This document shows positions 50,546 through 59,104 of a stretch of DNA of 64,000 bases, in pieces. The position numbers and the translations under genes were made by a program. Position 1 is the stretch's first letter, and the number at the start of each line of letters is the position of its first letter. The DNA comes from Elusimicrobiota bacterium (lineage in GTDB: Bacteria; CG03; SLGR01; PWQF01), in the NCBI GenBank assembly GCA_003557485.1, contig PWOI01000196.1, positions 7,782 to 71,781 of the forward strand, in the 5' to 3' direction. The notes beneath the pieces were generated by a model. It did not search any database. It had not been told where the DNA came from and saw only the letters and a program-made list of their open reading frames with translations.

Positions 50546-51611
50546 ATTTTCTGTTATTCACTTCGATACCGGCTCCGATTGGAGAGGCGGGCAGAACCAG
50601 GTATTTCTGCTTATAAAAGAACTTAAACAATATAATATTTCTCAGTTGCTTGTTTCTCCTTCCGGGTCGCCTCTTTATGAGAAATGCAGAAATTCGGGGA
50701 TAGATGTTTTTTCTGTCCGGGCCCGCTGTGATATGGATGTTAAGGCAGGGCTGGAATTCAGGAAAGCAGTACAGTCTTTTTCTGCGGGAATTGTTCATTA
50801 CCATACTTCCAGGGCCCTCGGTGTCGGAAGCTGGGCGCTGAAAGGGCTTAAAACAGGAAAAGTCTGCACCAGGAGAGTTGACCTTCCTGTTTCCGGCGCT
50901 ATTGTAAACAGGATTAAATACAAATCGGCTGATGTGATTGTGGCAATATCGCAGTTTATCCGGGACTATATGAAAGAAACCGGTTATGAAAATACAGAGA
51001 TGGTCTATTCATCGGTTGATATTGCAAAATATGAACATAATCGCTGCTATGAAAATAAGCCAGATATAAATGTAGCTATGGCCGGAGCGTTTGATCTCAG
51101 GCACAAGGACTTTGAAACTTTCATTAAAAGCGCCGTATTGCTTGCAAAAAACAGAAAATTGAAAAATATTAAGTTTTTTATTGCCGGGTCAGGCCCCGAC
51201 CGTGTAAAAATAGAGAAGATTATACGAAGGGAAAATATTGAAAGCAAAGTTGAGGTTAAAGGTTTTGTTGAGGATATGAGCCGGTTTCTGAAAGAGACGG
51301 ACATCTTGGTCCATAATGTTAATTTTGAAGGCCTTGGTACTGTTATTCTCCAGGGTATGGCATCAGGCTTGCCTGTTGTTGCCGCGGATATAGGAGGAAT
51401 TTCTGAAATAATTGAGGATGAGGAAAATGGTTTTATGGTGCCCGTAAAAGGGTTCAGAGAAACAGCTGAAAAAATCGCTCTTCTGGCAGGCAGCGCAGAA
51501 TTAAGGGAGAAGCTGGGGAGGGCCGGACAGGAAACTGTGCGCGGCAAATTTTCACCGGATAAGATGGCCCGCCGCTATATGGATATATACAGGGAAGTGC
51601 TTAAGAAATGA
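50535..51611 (+). CDS. GT4 glycosyltransferase
   Basis: GT-B fold with EGLGTVILQGMASGLPVVAADIGGISEII motif. Confidence 0.7.
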   Translation: MNTEFSVIHFDTGSDWRGGQNQVFLLIKELKQYNISQLLVSPSGSPLYEKCRNSGIDVFSVRARCDMDVKAGLEFRKAVQSFSAGIVHYHTSRALGVGSWALKGLKTGKVCTRRVDLPVSGAIVNRIKYKSADVIVAISQFIRDYMKETGYENTEMVYSSVDIAKYEHNRCYENKPDINVAMAGAFDLRHKDFETFIKSAVLLAKNRKLKNIKFFIAGSGPDRVKIEKIIRRENIESKVEVKGFVEDMSRFLKETDILVHNVNFEGLGTVILQGMASGLPVVAADIGGISEIIEDEENGFMVPVKGFRETAEKIALLAGSAELREKLGRAGQETVRGKFSPDKMARRYMDIYREVLKK

Positions 51612-52324
51612 ACCCTTCTTTTTACGTTGAGTTTGTAGGTCCTCACGGTTCTGGTAAGACAACTATATGCAAACAGACAATGACAGAGCTTTATAGCAGG
51701 GGGTACAGCGTCGAATCCCGGAGGGGCCGCCGCCGGGGAGCCGGCAGAATGCCATTTGCGGGAAGAGGATTCCCTTCCCCTTTACAGGCTGCAAAGTTTC
51801 TCGCTTTTTTACCTTTATGCTTCACCCGGATACTCTATTACTGCATAAAAATGTCACTCAGCATGGGTGAGAAAAACTTTAAAGGCTTCCGTTTCTTTTT
51901 AAAAGAGTCTTTCAGCCTGAAGTGGAGGCTTCTATGCAGCAACGATGTGACTCTTTACGACCAGGGGCCTGTTTTCAAGTCTATCAATCTTTCCCCCGGA
52001 AAAGATTGCCTTAAGTATCTGAAGCTGCTGCTTAAGGATTCAGAAGTAGTGATTGTCATAATAACTATTCCGCCCCGGGAACTTGCCAGGCGTCTTGCCG
52101 GCCGGAAAAATCCTGAAAAAATTATGGTTACTGCCGAAAAAATAGAAAAATCAGAATGGGATATCAGAAACCGCAATAGGCCCGTACCGTATATAGAAAA
52201 GGAATTTGCTGAAAAATTTAAAGCCTCCTGCGTTGGAGTGGATGGAATGAAGAGCCCCCACTGCAATGCCGGAATTGTTGTCCGGGAAATTCAGTCGCGG
52301 CAGAACTCTTTCAGTTCGGAATAA
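51608..52324 (+). CDS. P-loop NTPase of unknown function (paralogue 1 of 3)
   Basis: N-terminal Walker A YVEFVGPHGSGKTT. Shared architecture with the ORFs at 54660 and 58402 (GYSVESRR / LYDQGPVF / VIVIITIPPRELARRLAGRK blocks). Confidence 0.45.
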   Translation: MNPSFYVEFVGPHGSGKTTICKQTMTELYSRGYSVESRRGRRRGAGRMPFAGRGFPSPLQAAKFLAFLPLCFTRILYYCIKMSLSMGEKNFKGFRFFLKESFSLKWRLLCSNDVTLYDQGPVFKSINLSPGKDCLKYLKLLLKDSEVVIVIITIPPRELARRLAGRKNPEKIMVTAEKIEKSEWDIRNRNRPVPYIEKEFAEKFKASCVGVDGMKSPHCNAGIVVREIQSRQNSFSSE

Positions 52325-53262
52325 ATTTTTTCTATCGGCTGGCTTTCATAATTTCTCCATAAACCTATGTTTTCTTCTGAAAGATCCGGCTTAAAATATT
52401 TTCCTTTTTCCCTGTGGACTGCGGGGTCGATTTCAAGATGCGAAATTATTTTATCTAAAGAAGTTTCATAGTTAAGGACAATGTCCTCAAAATTTATTTT
52501 AAGGACTTTATCGTTTTCATAGTAACTGTTTTGGCTGCGCATTAAACGGTACCATAATATAAAATCTTCAACTGACGCATTTTTCATAATACTGCGTTTT
52601 ACTTCAACAAAATTGTCTCTGGGGTCTCTGTCAACAATGACCATTTTCGCGTTGTCAAAATAGTTGAGCATTCTGTCAGGACGGCAGTGGTAGGACGCAA
52701 GGTCAAGAATTACCGCATCAGTGTTTTCTTTTCTGTCTCTAAAACTGTCACTAAGGAGTCCGGCCAGGTATTTTTTTGCAAGCGTAAGAAACTCTTCCCC
52801 CGGTGCGGCAATATCTATCTGAAAATCGGGTTTTTTTCCCAGAATGTTTTTTCTCAGCCTGTAGAGAATCCACTCCATTGAACTTAGCTCCCATTTGCGC
52901 CCGCTCCATTTCCCTCTGTACCTGAGGGATACAATATCGTTTATAAAGTTTTCTGATAAATAAGAGAAATTCCCGGCTACTTTCTCATTGAAGTTTTTTC
53001 CCGGAAGGGCGAGAAGTCCTTTTCTTTTTCTTCCCAGAACATGGACAAGTTTTTTAAATCTTTTAACAGCGAGGTCACTTCGCCACGGGGACCAGCAATC
53101 GACAAGTGCGTTCTCAAGATCCAGCAACCCGTCAGGTCCGCCAAGTATACGGAACTCGCTTTTGAGGCAGTGGTGTCCTTCAAATTCTTTCATAAGGTCA
53201 TGAACGGCCCCGGATCCCGTAAATCCGTATCCCGCAATTAAAAAAACTTTAAAGGGTTTCAT
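52291..53262 (-). CDS. sulfotransferase-family protein (putative)
   Basis: N-terminal glycine-rich LIAGYGFTGSGAV (5'-PSB-like) and VIVDRDPRDNFVE resembling the sulfotransferase 3'-phosphate-binding RDPRD motif. Convergent 34-nt overlap with the upstream P-loop gene. Confidence 0.45.
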   Translation of the reverse strand: MKPFKVFLIAGYGFTGSGAVHDLMKEFEGHHCLKSEFRILGGPDGLLDLENALVDCWSPWRSDLAVKRFKKLVHVLGRKRKGLLALPGKNFNEKVAGNFSYLSENFINDIVSLRYRGKWSGRKWELSSMEWILYRLRKNILGKKPDFQIDIAAPGEEFLTLAKKYLAGLLSDSFRDRKENTDAVILDLASYHCRPDRMLNYFDNAKMVIVDRDPRDNFVEVKRSIMKNASVEDFILWYRLMRSQNSYYENDKVLKINFEDIVLNYETSLDKIISHLEIDPAVHREKGKYFKPDLSEENIGLWRNYESQPIEKIYSELKEFCRD

Positions 53263-53321
53263 ATGACAATCATATTTAATAGAGAGGTAATTTTCAACAG
53301 GGAGGTTATGAAAAATTAATA

Positions 53322-54536
53322 CTATAATTTAAGAAGTGAATAAATTGTGAAAATATGTATATGGAATATTTCCTGAATGAAAAGGACTATTGCTCCTATA
53401 AAAAATCCTAAGCCGTTTACAACAGCATACCTCTGGAAAGTTTTTTTCACCAGATCAATCTTTACAAGAGGAGAAGTCAGAGAGCGTGCCGGACTCTGCC
53501 TGTTGCCTGCATAAAGCACTGCCGGAACGTAAGCAAAGATTACAGGCGCGATCATGTAAAAAAGACCGCTTAGGAAACACATTACAACAAGAAAAGCCAT
53601 TTCAAACAGTCTCCGGAAGCGGGTTGAGAACCAGGCCTTACACGAAGAATCCATTAAAATTTTAAGACAACCTCCAAGGCATATAAAAGCTGCAAGCGGC
53701 GTGCCCAGCAGGTGCGCCGGGCCCTCTATTTCCGGGATCAAGCCTTCAGTTATTATCAGAAAGGCTATAATGCCGAAAGCAAAAAGAGTACGTACCCGGT
53801 AACGGTTCATGAGTAATGCAATAATTGAATCTTTACCTTTTATGTAGTTTTTTCCTGCTATCGCGAACCAGTAGAGGCTGAGGAAGGCAGCCGGGGGAAT
53901 AAGAGCCCAGTGAGAAAGTTCAACAATTTCTCTAAATCCGTAGTTTCCAACCATAGATGCAGAGGCAAACAGGTACGGGTATGATACATATCTCAGTATC
54001 CTGCTTCCTTCCCTGCCTCTGGCTATGTTGGGGTTTTCAAGTGAAAAGCCCGACCTGACTGCCCGGTGCGGCTTTTTTATTTTCCACGGAATAACTGCCG
54101 GAACTTCCCGGCGGTATCTGATATATTCATCCCCGAATAGATTTATTAAGGTGCGCTCTTCCCTTCTTATTGCTTGAAAGTATGCAATAATGAAGAAGAA
54201 TGCGTAAGCAGCAGCCGCTTCCCTGCTTCCAATCATTATACAGAGCCCTGAATCAATCATTGCGTTTGCAAGATAGAAAGGATGGCGGACCCATCTGTAA
54301 GGCCCGGAACGGGTTACTGTCTTGTTCTGGTGAAGATGGGCCTTGCAGGCAAGGTGAAGCAGAATTCCAGGCAGAATAAGAAAAACCCCTAAGCTGTAGT
54401 TTAACTGCTGCGGCGCGGTTTTTCCCAGAACTCCCAGTACAATACCCGCCACTACCAGCCAGGAGCGAAGCCGTTTCCTGTGAAGCGGGGAGTACCTGTA
54501 AATATTATTTAATAAATTTTTCATAGAGTTTATCAT
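53322..54536 (-). CDS. membrane protein with N-terminal isoprenylcysteine-carboxyl/phospholipid methyltransferase (ICMT/PEMT)-like domain fused to an extra polytopic domain
   Basis: VTRSGPYRWVRHPFYLAN and EERTLINLFGDEYIRYRREVP motifs of the ICMT/PEMT family in the first ~155 aa. A further ~250 aa of TM helices of unknown function follow. Confidence 0.5.
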   Translation of the reverse strand: MINSMKNLLNNIYRYSPLHRKRLRSWLVVAGIVLGVLGKTAPQQLNYSLGVFLILPGILLHLACKAHLHQNKTVTRSGPYRWVRHPFYLANAMIDSGLCIMIGSREAAAAYAFFFIIAYFQAIRREERTLINLFGDEYIRYRREVPAVIPWKIKKPHRAVRSGFSLENPNIARGREGSRILRYVSYPYLFASASMVGNYGFREIVELSHWALIPPAAFLSLYWFAIAGKNYIKGKDSIIALLMNRYRVRTLFAFGIIAFLIITEGLIPEIEGPAHLLGTPLAAFICLGGCLKILMDSSCKAWFSTRFRRLFEMAFLVVMCFLSGLFYMIAPVIFAYVPAVLYAGNRQSPARSLTSPLVKIDLVKKTFQRYAVVNGLGFFIGAIVLFIQEIFHIHIFTIYSLLKL

Positions 54537-54659
54537 TGCAGTTACTAAAACTAATTATATATTATTTAAAAAAATACACAATTTAACCTCTATTGAAATA
54601 TCTCCTTCAAAAATATATTATGAATACCGGGAGAGACGGACCGGAGGCTTGAATATAAA

Positions 54660-55397
54660 TTGACTTTTTCAGGACATTATGAATTCCTTGCGCCGCGCGG
54701 AGCCGGAAAATCCGCGTACAGGGACGCGCTTTGCGGATTAATTAACAGCAAAAGCGCCGTAAAGGCTTTGCGTTCCCGCAGCGCTGCCTTTGCCGCGTGT
54801 GGAAGGCGGTTCCTTCCGGGGTTTGCAGTTAAAAGCCCGGAACTCAGCTGCAGGGCGGGAAGAATTATCTCGAAAACCTTTCATAAAAGAAACCTGCTTG
54901 AGTTGAAGGCCCATGAGGAGTTTCTTGATGAATACAAGGAAACCGCCGCTCTACTTGAGAGCCTGCCTGCCGGAACGGATAGTTTTATGTACTGGTTCAG
55001 AATCGTTTCGGGAAGGTACCAGCTTTCAAAACGGTATCTGAAACCGGATGAAATAATCTGCTACGGGGGAGGTTTTGTTTTCTGTCTTGAACATCTTTTC
55101 GGGAAGGCGGAGACCGGCTATATAGAAGAGGTCCTCTCCGTTTTGCCGAAACCGCGTCTTCTTATAGAGATCAAGGCGGAGGAGAAAAGCCTCATTAAAG
55201 CGCGTCAGGGGAGAGGAGATACCGGCCCGCTGCCGGAAAAAGTGAGGCAGGAAACGGCAAGTACTGAAAAATTGTCAGCCCTTGCCGGCAGACAGAGCAT
55301 TAAAATAGTTTCTTTCTTTAATGATTACAGCGGTGTGAGGTTCACGGCTGATACTGAGTCTGAGATTCTGAAGTCACTTCCGGATGCGGGGAGATAA
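54660..55397 (+). CDS. P-loop NTPase of unknown function (paralogue 2 of 3, most divergent; TTG start)
   Basis: YEFLAPRGAGKS Walker A. ICYGGGFVF and PRLLIEIKAEEKSLIKARQGR blocks align to the corresponding blocks of the other two paralogues. Confidence 0.4.
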   Translation: MTFSGHYEFLAPRGAGKSAYRDALCGLINSKSAVKALRSRSAAFAACGRRFLPGFAVKSPELSCRAGRIISKTFHKRNLLELKAHEEFLDEYKETAALLESLPAGTDSFMYWFRIVSGRYQLSKRYLKPDEIICYGGGFVFCLEHLFGKAETGYIEEVLSVLPKPRLLIEIKAEEKSLIKARQGRGDTGPLPEKVRQETASTEKLSALAGRQSIKIVSFFNDYSGVRFTADTESEILKSLPDAGR

Positions 55398-55400
55398 AAT

Positions 55401-56402
55401 ATGAGACTGAAAATTCTTCTTTTTTCAAAATCCAAGAGAACTACCGAGGCCACCGTCAACCTGCTTAAAGCCTTAAACCGGCACGGTCTGGTTGAAAAAG
55501 TAAAATGGCTCAACTATTCAAGGATAAGTAAGCTTGCCGGTAAAGGCATAGGCAAAAACTATGTATACCGGGTAATAAATTCTTACAGGCCCCATCTTAC
55601 CCTTGTCAACAACACAGATGCCGAAGTTGAATGGATTCAGGAATGCTCAAAACAGGGAATTGTATCCTGTTTTTACCATGATTATAACTCTCCCGTAAAG
55701 GAAAAGGCAGTTGAAATAGGGCGCAGGTGTGATTTTTTCTACCTTTCAAATGCCATTCAGATTGAAGAATACAGACGCTTCGGAATAGAGGCAGAGTACC
55801 TTGTAAGAGGGTGCAGCAGGGATGTCCATTATCCTGTTAAACCGCGCGGCGGGAAGTATAAAAGCCAGGTTGCTTTTATAGGAAAACCCCGGGGCGGCAT
55901 AAGAGATGAGATACTGAGAAAGGTTCAGGAAAATTTTGACCTCAAGGTCTGGGGCCCCAAATGGGACAGATCCCGGTTCAGTAGTGTAGGGGGACGTATC
56001 GGTTCCGGTAAATACCGCATTATATGCAGCAGCGCCGATATAATTCTGGGGGTTAATGACGGACGTGAAATAAAGACATTTGAAGAGCTCGTCTCACAGG
56101 GGCAGTTTACTTCCAACCGGGACCGTCTTGTTATGGCCTGCGGCGGTTTTTTTCTGACCAACTACAATAAGGGGCTGGAAAACCTATACGGAATAGGAGA
56201 GCATCTCGATGTTTACAGGAGCCTTGAAGACCTTGTTGAGAAAATAAGGTTTTATCTGAACAACCCCCGCAAGCGCAGAGAGATAGCATGCAGGGGATGC
56301 GTATATGTGCAGAGCCGCCAGACCTTTGATCACTTCGTTCAAAAAGTTATAGAGGATGCCGCCTTAAAACTTCCCGGAAAAACAGAACCGGCAGATTCTT
56401 GA
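55401..56402 (+). CDS. CgeB-like / GT-B-type glycosyltransferase-family protein (putative)
   Basis: Weak resemblance to CgeB/DUF3880-type GT1-like C-terminal domains (FIGKPRGG...ILGVNDG...ACGGFFLTN). Located among LPS transferases. Confidence 0.35.
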   Translation: MRLKILLFSKSKRTTEATVNLLKALNRHGLVEKVKWLNYSRISKLAGKGIGKNYVYRVINSYRPHLTLVNNTDAEVEWIQECSKQGIVSCFYHDYNSPVKEKAVEIGRRCDFFYLSNAIQIEEYRRFGIEAEYLVRGCSRDVHYPVKPRGGKYKSQVAFIGKPRGGIRDEILRKVQENFDLKVWGPKWDRSRFSSVGGRIGSGKYRIICSSADIILGVNDGREIKTFEELVSQGQFTSNRDRLVMACGGFFLTNYNKGLENLYGIGEHLDVYRSLEDLVEKIRFYLNNPRKRREIACRGCVYVQSRQTFDHFVQKVIEDAALKLPGKTEPADS

Positions 56403-56460
56403 AGCTTTTCTCAAAAATAGTAGTATATAACTGATTGAGTATGCGTAGTGGGGAGTAATT

Positions 56461-57153
56461 ATGGAAAAGTCAATTAAATACAGTAAAAAGTTTAAAACCG
56501 GAATGATGGTGCTGGCTGTTGCCGCTTTTACAGGGCTGTTTTTTACAGTCAGGTACGGGGACGATAACCTTACCGGGACTATGGTTAGTTTTGCGAGAGA
56601 GACCGAAGCGGTATTTCCCTCCGGAGCAGATGCTACTTTGAGGTCGGATTCACGGTTCATAAGCAGATACGGAAACAGGTTCTATCACCTTATATTTACT
56701 TTAATGCTTCTTTACGGTTTTTTGGGAAGGAAAAATATGAAGAAGAGAAGGTATATGAAAGTTGCCCTCATATACATAGCTGTCCAGGCTGTGGCCTCAG
56801 GAGTTATTACCCAGGGAATTAAGGCGGTAGTGGGGCGACCGCGTCCCAGGGAGACTTTCAGTTTAAGAGAGGAAGGTAAGGTTCCGGAAAGAAAGCCTTT
56901 CAGCGGACGTACAACCTATATGTCTTTTCCCTCGGGTCATTCCTCTGACGCCTTCAGTTCCGCAGGCGTTGTCTGGATGTTTTCCCCGTCGCCGGCAATA
57001 ACAGCGGCAAGTTTTGCTTTTTCAGGACTTATCGCTATCAGCAGGGTTACAGCCGAGAGGCATTTCGTTATTGATATATTATTCGGAATGATAATAGGTT
57101 TTGCAACTGCGCTGATACTTATGTATAAGATGTATAAAGAAGATGAAAATTAG
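56461..57153 (+). CDS. PAP2-family lipid phosphatase (candidate lipid A 1- or 4'-phosphatase, LpxE/LpxF-like)
   Basis: Tripartite acid-phosphatase motif KAVVGRPRP ... PSGHS ... SRVTAERHFVIDILFG in a 6-TM protein. Confidence 0.7.
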   Translation: MEKSIKYSKKFKTGMMVLAVAAFTGLFFTVRYGDDNLTGTMVSFARETEAVFPSGADATLRSDSRFISRYGNRFYHLIFTLMLLYGFLGRKNMKKRRYMKVALIYIAVQAVASGVITQGIKAVVGRPRPRETFSLREEGKVPERKPFSGRTTYMSFPSGHSSDAFSSAGVVWMFSPSPAITAASFAFSGLIAISRVTAERHFVIDILFGMIIGFATALILMYKMYKEDEN

Positions 57154-57203
57154 CCGGCCGCGGTATTTGTGAATGCTTTTAAATATTGCTATCATTTTAT
57201 TAA

Positions 57204-58367
57204 ATGACCGTAAACAGTAAAAAAACATATACTTTTTTTCTCAGCTTCGGTATTATAATCCTGGCTCTGGGAGCAGCTTTTCCCCAGGATGTAATGCATA
57301 TAGGGTTCACCCTTCTTTTTATCGCATTTCTTATCCAGTTTTTTAAGGGAAACCTGAAATACATACCTACGGGGCTGGAAAGGCCTATTTTAATTTTTCT
57401 GGCAGCCGGAATTGTAAGTTCTTTTTTCAGCAGTTCGCCCCTGCAGGGAATATCTTATTTTATTGAGAAATTCTGGTACATAATATTTCTCTTTATCCCG
57501 GTATACCTGTTCCATGAGGCGGAACTTAATAAGTTTACCCGTTTCCTTGCCTGGGCGGGCATAGGCGTGGCAATATACACAATTCTTCAGTCTCTTGTAG
57601 GAATGAATTTTAACCTGGAATTTAATATAGGAGAGATAGTTAAGTTCTCACCTCCGCATCTTAGGGAGGCTTTCGTCATAGGAGACCACCCCGTATACGA
57701 GGGGGTAGGGCTGATAGGGCGTCCGGAGCAGTTTGCCGTACAGCTTATGATGCTTCTGTTTTTCGTATACGGGGCTTTTAGAAAACAATGGGGGCTTTTT
57801 ACAGTCTTTTTCGGTGTTATTTTAACTTTTTATTCCCGGGCATGGACAGGTCTCTTTGCCGTACCCGCATACCTTCTGTTAAGCAAAAAAAGATATCTGT
57901 CAGCAGCTCTTTCTTTTATTTCCCTTGTGGTTATTTTTATTCTTCTTCCTCAGGTGTCCGTTAATGCCGGCGCTGTAAGGGCTGTCACAAATGCTTTCAG
58001 TGATGCTCCTGCCAGAATCCTTGTAGGTTCCGGGCCCGGGCAGTTCAATGGATTGAACGCAGATTCAATGTACATCAAAGTCTTTGCCGAGGGGGGGGTT
58101 CTTTCGTTTGCCGCACTCATTTTTCTCATATACAGTTATTTTAAAAGGTATTTCTCCGTTCCTCTTTCTACTAAAGAAATATGGAGAAAAATTCATTACG
58201 GTTGCGTGCTTGCAGTAACAGCTGTTTTGATATCCGCCATGTTTCTCCCCGTTCCTCTCAACCCGGTAAACGCAATGCTTTTTTGGACTCTCGCCGGAGT
58301 GGGAGTTAAAACAAAACAGGGAGGATGGACACGCCGGCTGGTAACCCAGTACGGCCGCGTTGAATAA
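57204..58367 (+). CDS. O-antigen ligase/polymerase family (Wzy_C) membrane protein, second paralogue
   Basis: Polytopic membrane protein with YSRAWTGLF and RILVGSGPGQF loop motifs of WaaL/Wzy_C-type proteins. Confidence 0.5.
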   Translation: MTVNSKKTYTFFLSFGIIILALGAAFPQDVMHIGFTLLFIAFLIQFFKGNLKYIPTGLERPILIFLAAGIVSSFFSSSPLQGISYFIEKFWYIIFLFIPVYLFHEAELNKFTRFLAWAGIGVAIYTILQSLVGMNFNLEFNIGEIVKFSPPHLREAFVIGDHPVYEGVGLIGRPEQFAVQLMMLLFFVYGAFRKQWGLFTVFFGVILTFYSRAWTGLFAVPAYLLLSKKRYLSAALSFISLVVIFILLPQVSVNAGAVRAVTNAFSDAPARILVGSGPGQFNGLNADSMYIKVFAEGGVLSFAALIFLIYSYFKRYFSVPLSTKEIWRKIHYGCVLAVTAVLISAMFLPVPLNPVNAMLFWTLAGVGVKTKQGGWTRRLVTQYGRVE

Positions 58368-58401
58368 AATCGATACAAGATATATTTCGTATTTTAAATA
58401 A

Positions 58402-59104
58402 ATGGTGCCACGATATTATATCGAGTTTCTTGGAACCCACGGATGCGGTAAGACAACTCTGGCCACTGCAGTGACCCGGCTGCTGGTAGCTGCGGGCTTC
58501 AGCGTTGAAAACCGCCGCCGGCTTCATAGAATGAGTCATTCCGGTCCCGTATCTTCCGTAAAGCCCGGGAATCTTTTGGGCCTAGTCGGTTTTTTTGTTT
58601 TTGCGATAAAAGTGCTCTACTACAGCTTAAGAATAGTCTCAAAAATAAACGCGTCATACAAGAAAAAATTTGATACATTTCAGATTCTTTTATTCAACGC
58701 TCTTGGCCTAAAGTTGAGTTTTCATCTGCATGGCGGAATCATACTGCATGACTGGGGAATTGTAGGAAGACTTATAAGATACGATCCCGGCAGCCTTTTT
58801 ACGGATTATTTAAAAGCAGTGCTGACGTCCTATGCGGAATTGAAGACAATTCTTGTATATATTTCACTGGATCCTGAAGTGAACGCAAAAAGGGTAATTG
58901 AACGAAAATTTAAAAATTTCGGCAAGAGAAGGAGAATTCAGTGCTTTTTTTAAAAGATATTCAAAAGCGGGCCGGCAGCTTGAAAAATCCTGGGCTTTCA
59001 TTCAGAAAAAATTTGAGAATGAAGAATGGATAAAAATGATAAAAGTAAGTTCAATAAAAAGTCCTGACTGTCTTGCCTTGGCTGTAATGGAACATATAAA
59101 ATGA
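58402..59104 (+). pseudogene. P-loop NTPase paralogue 3, disrupted by a +1 frameshift at a T7 homopolymer (58945-58951)
   Basis: ORF 58402..58953 (YIEFLGTHGCGKTT...) ends right after the T7 run. The out-of-frame ORF 58898..59104 encodes ...LEKSWAFIQKKFENEEW...SSIKSPDCLALAVMEHI, which aligns to paralogue 1's C-terminus (IEKSEWDI...IEKEFAEKF...GMKSPHCNAGIVVREI). Deleting one T restores a single full-length reading frame. Confidence 0.5.

Noticed and set aside
54537-54659. AT-rich 123-nt gap, considered as a possible small RNA or tRNA
   Set aside because: It has no stable secondary-structure hallmarks. The simplest reading is a divergent promoter region between the minus-strand methyltransferase gene and the plus-strand P-loop gene.
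58898-59104. 68-aa plus-strand ORF called as an independent gene
   Set aside because: Its product aligns with the C-terminus of the P-loop paralogue at 51608. It is the out-of-frame continuation of the gene at 58402 after a T7-tract frameshift, not a separate gene.
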